Shown in pieces: positions 60,205 to 64,000 of a stretch of 64,000 bases of DNA. The stretch covers positions 75,705 through 139,704 of the forward strand of contig CAZRGC010000004.1 in NCBI GenBank assembly GCA_964599625.1, in the 5' to 3' direction. Origin of the DNA: an uncultured Gammaproteobacteria bacterium (GTDB taxonomy: Bacteria; Patescibacteriota; Microgenomatia; UBA8517). A model generated the notes under the pieces. It was not told the origin of the DNA, made no database searches, and saw only the letters and a program-made list of their open reading frames with translations. Every line of letters begins with the position of its first letter. Position 1 is the first letter of the stretch. A program made the position numbers and the translations under genes.

Positions 60205-61365
60205 ATGAAAACTGACAAAATATTATTGTTATCAAATATAGAACCTGGTGGCGCATGGATTTTTACTGAAAGATTTATTACGAAATATGTTTCTGATAAC
60301 GAACCATTTTCCGTTAGGATTATATCTGCCCCACCAACAACAATCTGTAAATTAAAGTCTCACATAAACATAGTAAAAGCTCCGCCGTCTTCCCCGCCGT
60401 TTAGTTTTGTTAAAAGTTTTTTTGGTTTTTTATATATGACATATTTAGCAATAAAACATATTTCTAAAGATTTTAATCCCGACTTGGTAATTTCTACAGA
60501 TTACAGATTCTCAATCGTTGCTTCCATTTTCTTTTTCCGTAGAGCCAAAGTTGTATTTTGGTTTCACGGTTCACAAAGTGTTTTGTATAACAACGTTTTT
60601 CAACTGGATAGGAGACAAATTTTAATTAAGATATTTGAAAGACTAGCCCTTTTGCTTTCACCTCTAACAGTTGTCCCAAGTGTATATGCAAAAAGCTTTG
60701 TGTACAGAAGATTAGGCCTTTTTGCTTCCATGAAAAACGTAAAAGTTGTCGAAAATTTTGTACCTGACTTCATAGATGGGACTAAAAAATATAGTAAATC
60801 TAAATTGAGAACTTTGTTAAAGCTGAATTTAAATGACAACATTGTTTTGTACTCCGGAAGAATCAGCCTTTACAAAGGTTTGGAGGGCCTAGTTAGCTAT
60901 TTTAATCGAGTTGATAACAAAAAAATAAAGTTGGTTGTTGCAGCGCCAACAAACAATCAGAATATTAGACTGGTAAAATTGCTTAAGGAGTCGAAAAAAA
61001 TAATACTTTTTGAAAATCTGTCACCCGAAAAATTATATTTTTTGTACCAGGCCTCAGACTTGTTGATTCTTCCATCGGAGCAAGAAATGGCTCCCTTGTC
61101 GGTTATCGAAGCTGCGGCTTCCGGATTGAGTGTGGCGGGAACCAACACGGGTAATATTTCGGACTTGGTTCACAAGATTGACCCAAATCTAATACTAAAA
61201 AATACAAGCACAGTGGAAATAGGCAGAGTTGTTGCTTATTATTTTTCGCTAAAAATGAATAAGAGACAAAAAATATCTGCCGAATTTGAAAAGGAAGGTA
61301 AAAAACAAACATTCACCAAGAGTCTTAATATGTTTAAGAAGGCACTGCGAAGCTATAAGTTATAA
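60205..61365 (+). CDS. glycosyltransferase family 4
   Basis: YSGRI..YKG, LPSEQEMAPLSVIEA. Confidence 0.85.
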   Translation: MKTDKILLLSNIEPGGAWIFTERFITKYVSDNEPFSVRIISAPPTTICKLKSHINIVKAPPSSPPFSFVKSFFGFLYMTYLAIKHISKDFNPDLVISTDYRFSIVASIFFFRRAKVVFWFHGSQSVLYNNVFQLDRRQILIKIFERLALLLSPLTVVPSVYAKSFVYRRLGLFASMKNVKVVENFVPDFIDGTKKYSKSKLRTLLKLNLNDNIVLYSGRISLYKGLEGLVSYFNRVDNKKIKLVVAAPTNNQNIRLVKLLKESKKIILFENLSPEKLYFLYQASDLLILPSEQEMAPLSVIEAAASGLSVAGTNTGNISDLVHKIDPNLILKNTSTVEIGRVVAYYFSLKMNKRQKISAEFEKEGKKQTFTKSLNMFKKALRSYKL

Positions 61366-62118
61366 TACCTCTCGGGCACTCGGGGAATTTTTTTATTACC
61401 AAAAATTGAAGTTATTTGCGTTTTATAAGCTAAAATTGACTTCTCTTTGGCTGCAAAATCCGAAGATTTGGGATACAAAATAATGTCTGCACTCGGAATA
61501 TCTTTTTTGGAATATTGATTGTATGGAAAGTCAGACCAGAGCAAGACCTCGTCGTACATTTCTGTTGCAATACTTCTTACTAAAATGTGGTCTACATGAC
61601 CACCCTCACCAAAGGGCGCAAAAACAATTGCGTTTTTTGTTGTGTTTGTTATTTTTTTCAATTTATTTTTAATTTTTGATTTTAGCTCAAGGTCGTAATT
61701 GGACACTCGTCCCGAAAACTGTATATCAGTGGAGCGATAAATCGGCTTATTTTTTTTGTCTAATCTCCAGGCGGCATCAATAAAATTCAAATGAATAGGT
61801 TTAAATCCAAGTATTTTGGAAGCAGACCTGTCTTCAAGTTTTCGTTGATAGAAAAGTTTTTTACCATCAGTGGCGCCGCATTGCTCCAAAAAAAGATTGG
61901 CTTGTGGGGTACTGGGACTATTATTGCAGTCCGAGAACACGGTTATCACACTTACTTGTTTATTTAATTTTCTGAGCTTGGCAAGGATAAGCCCACAGGA
62001 AAAAACTGCATCATCCAGGTGTGGTGACAAAAAAACAAATGACTGATATCTTTCTAGGATGTCCGAAAGATTTTTACTAAAATAGTCACTTTTGAGCAAG
62101 TAACGAATAGAAATCATG
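61353..62118 (-). CDS. PIG-L/LmbE family deacetylase
   Basis: SPHLDDAVFSCG, GHVDH, YKTQI; start uncertain. Confidence 0.85.
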
Positions 62119-63015
62119 TTCTTTAAGTATGTCAGACTTCGGCAGGTTCCGGAAGCTAATTTTAGAGTTTGACAAAATTTCAAAAAGATTTGAATTTTCA
62201 TAAACAAAAATATTTTTAAATCCCCCACTCCTTAGACCATTCCTGAAAACGTATTCAGGTGTACCAAAAAAACCTTTGAAACGAGTTTTTGAGGCGTTTA
62301 TCGTATGGATTATCATTATTTTGCCGGTTTTGCGAATTAGCCGGACCCCTTCTTTTATGAATGGTTGCTTGTTTTTTATATCATGCAGGCAGTCACAAGC
62401 TATGATATTCTCCAGAGATCTTGTTGCAAACGGCAGCCCGTCGTTGGCATCTGCACAAACTAATACAGTTTTATTGTCCGAGAAAAAATATTTTGATATA
62501 TACAGGCTGAGCATGGAATTGTCCAATGCATAAATTTTTGATTTCCCAACCGAAGTCCGTATAAAGGGCAATAGCTGACCCACTCCGCTTCCGAAATCGA
62601 GCACGCTGCCATTTGTAAGGAGGCGGACGCATTTTTTACCCAAATTGAATGATAAATCGCCATGCCTTCTCAGAAGATAATTAACCCAACTCTTTGGATA
62701 CCCAAAAATTGTTAAAGTTTGCATTGATATTTTAAATCCTAAAAACCTCCAAAGTCCCATCTTCGAAAACAACAATACTGGTATCGAAAGTTTTGGGTGA
62801 AGGTCTAACAACTTTAACAAGGCAAAAATGTTGTTGCCGTTTTCTAATAGTTCTACCGCCTCCTTTGCTTTTTTATCTTTTATTAAATATAAAATCCCGT
62901 CGACAGCCGGATATTTAAAACACTTACAATTGTAAATATCGGTGCCAGTATTTTTTTTGAGCTTGGAGTTGCAAAATTTGCAAATAAAAACCGTATCGTT
63001 ATTTTTGGTTTTCAC
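62086..63015 (-). CDS. class I SAM-dependent methyltransferase with N-terminal Zn-ribbon-like segment
   Basis: CKFC...CKC..YPAVDGI; VLDFGSGVG; DANDGLPF. Confidence 0.82.
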   Translation of the reverse strand: MKTKNNDTVFICKFCNSKLKKNTGTDIYNCKCFKYPAVDGILYLIKDKKAKEAVELLENGNNIFALLKLLDLHPKLSIPVLLFSKMGLWRFLGFKISMQTLTIFGYPKSWVNYLLRRHGDLSFNLGKKCVRLLTNGSVLDFGSGVGQLLPFIRTSVGKSKIYALDNSMLSLYISKYFFSDNKTVLVCADANDGLPFATRSLENIIACDCLHDIKNKQPFIKEGVRLIRKTGKIMIIHTINASKTRFKGFFGTPEYVFRNGLRSGGFKNIFVYENSNLFEILSNSKISFRNLPKSDILKEHDFYSLLAQK

Positions 63016-63835
63016 TTTCGGTTATTTTGGTTACTACCGGGCCAACATAAATCTTGGAAGTGCTTAAAGGTATGCTTTGACCTATCAGGATGGGTATATC
63101 GTCGAACAAGTAATATTTATTATTTATCATTGTTGCATTTATCTTAAGTGTCAAAAAAATGTCTTTCAACAACGGATTGAACCTTGTTAACACCTCCCCT
63201 TGAGAAGTTGTCACAACTTTTTTGGCAGGTAATGTACGTTTGGCTACTATTGTCATAACAGGGTTCCCCTCGCTGTCGTTGATTGTGTCGCCCACATTTA
63301 ATGCGTCCGCGATATAGTCTCTGGTTCCCGTTGTTTCCAAGAATGTCGAGTCTATCATAATTTGTGTTTCGACCATCAGTTCTTTTTTCACTCTCCTGTC
63401 CGGGATCTTGTCGATATTTGTAATTATTCCTTCCGTGTTAATGTAGTCTAGTTGGAGCTTGATAGGATAACCGACGAGGAGGGGTTTACCCTTGTATGAA
63501 TATTGCATTGTAGATTTTGTATACAACGCGTGAACTTTCATTGTAAGGTAAACAGCTTGTTTGTTTTTGTCTGAGTCGTATCTAAAAACTTTTGTAACCT
63601 CAACCTGAGGCTTACCCGCACCATCCCGTTCAGTCATCCCAACCGTAAAGAGTTGTGCAAACCAGTCTCTAGACCCAGGTCTCATGAATGAAACGTCGTC
63701 TTCGCCGATCTTAACGGTTATGTTGACATATTCGGGTCTTCTCAAAAATGTAACAGCAAAAAACAAAACCCCTACAAAAAAAAGGGCCACAAGCAAGTAA
63801 TCAAAAACTGTAAGTTTCTTAAGTTTGTCTCTCAT
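62999..63835 (-). CDS. DUF4330-like membrane-anchored protein (two internal repeats)
   Basis: TVFDYLLVAL anchor; repeated VG..D..G.P...I...LT......Y...P.L.G units. Confidence 0.65.
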   Translation of the reverse strand: MRDKLKKLTVFDYLLVALFFVGVLFFAVTFLRRPEYVNITVKIGEDDVSFMRPGSRDWFAQLFTVGMTERDGAGKPQVEVTKVFRYDSDKNKQAVYLTMKVHALYTKSTMQYSYKGKPLLVGYPIKLQLDYINTEGIITNIDKIPDRRVKKELMVETQIMIDSTFLETTGTRDYIADALNVGDTINDSEGNPVMTIVAKRTLPAKKVVTTSQGEVLTRFNPLLKDIFLTLKINATMINNKYYLFDDIPILIGQSIPLSTSKIYVGPVVTKITESENQK

Positions 63836-64000
63836 TCAAAAAACCCAGGAAAAGCATTAAATATATTTCTCCGCTAATAACTGAGAAAATACTCACAATT
63901 CCAAAGGAAAACATTATACCTATTAAACTTAGAAGTGGCATCTCTGAGTTTTTTAGGCCTTTGGTCTTGAGTTTGTTTTTCAATATCCCGGCGACTGATA
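63819..64000 (-). CDS. C-terminal end of a membrane protein entering from the right edge
   Basis: Open frame ...MPLLSLIGIMFSFGIVSIFSVISGEIYLMLFLGFLNERQT*. Confidence 0.5.
   Translation of the reverse strand, partial: SVAGILKNKLKTKGLKNSEMPLLSLIGIMFSFGIVSIFSVISGEIYLMLFLGFLNERQT

Overview
This window looks like chromosomal DNA of a small-genome Patescibacteria (CPR) bacterium, most like Microgenomates. That placement is an inference from gene style: a short HolB, GspG-like pilin arrays, VLG-type sortase substrates, many leaderless genes and standard TGA stops. In order, it holds: a SAM-I-type riboswitch at the left edge; small hypothetical genes, a cupin, a LysM-L,D-transpeptidase and a SIMPL protein; gyrA, preceded by an unannotated, extensively base-paired ~450-nt RNA with its own consensus promoter and terminator; two sortase + surface-protein pairs; a ~14.5 kb surface-glycan operon including a 1522-aa GT2-GT2-flippase-GT4 fusion; ppa, pgeF, gyrB and holB; a type IV pilus locus (pilB, pilT, pilC, pilD and ten pilin-like genes); a long RelA/SpoT homologue with a degenerate synthetase; an array of three O-antigen-ligase-like genes interleaved with two paralogous small genes, the middle pair both frameshifted; and a second glycan-modification locus with sulfatase-like, CysD-like and phosphodiesterase genes. 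The best candidates for undescribed biology are (1) the large structured RNA upstream of gyrA, (2) 'target / reverse complement / target' hairpin micro-duplications at the pilT start and in prepilin GFTL leaders, and (3) the sortase-glycoprotein system with a non-LPxTG sorting signal. No rRNA, tRNA, CRISPR array, integrase or transposase was recognised. All calls were made by eye; no searches were run.
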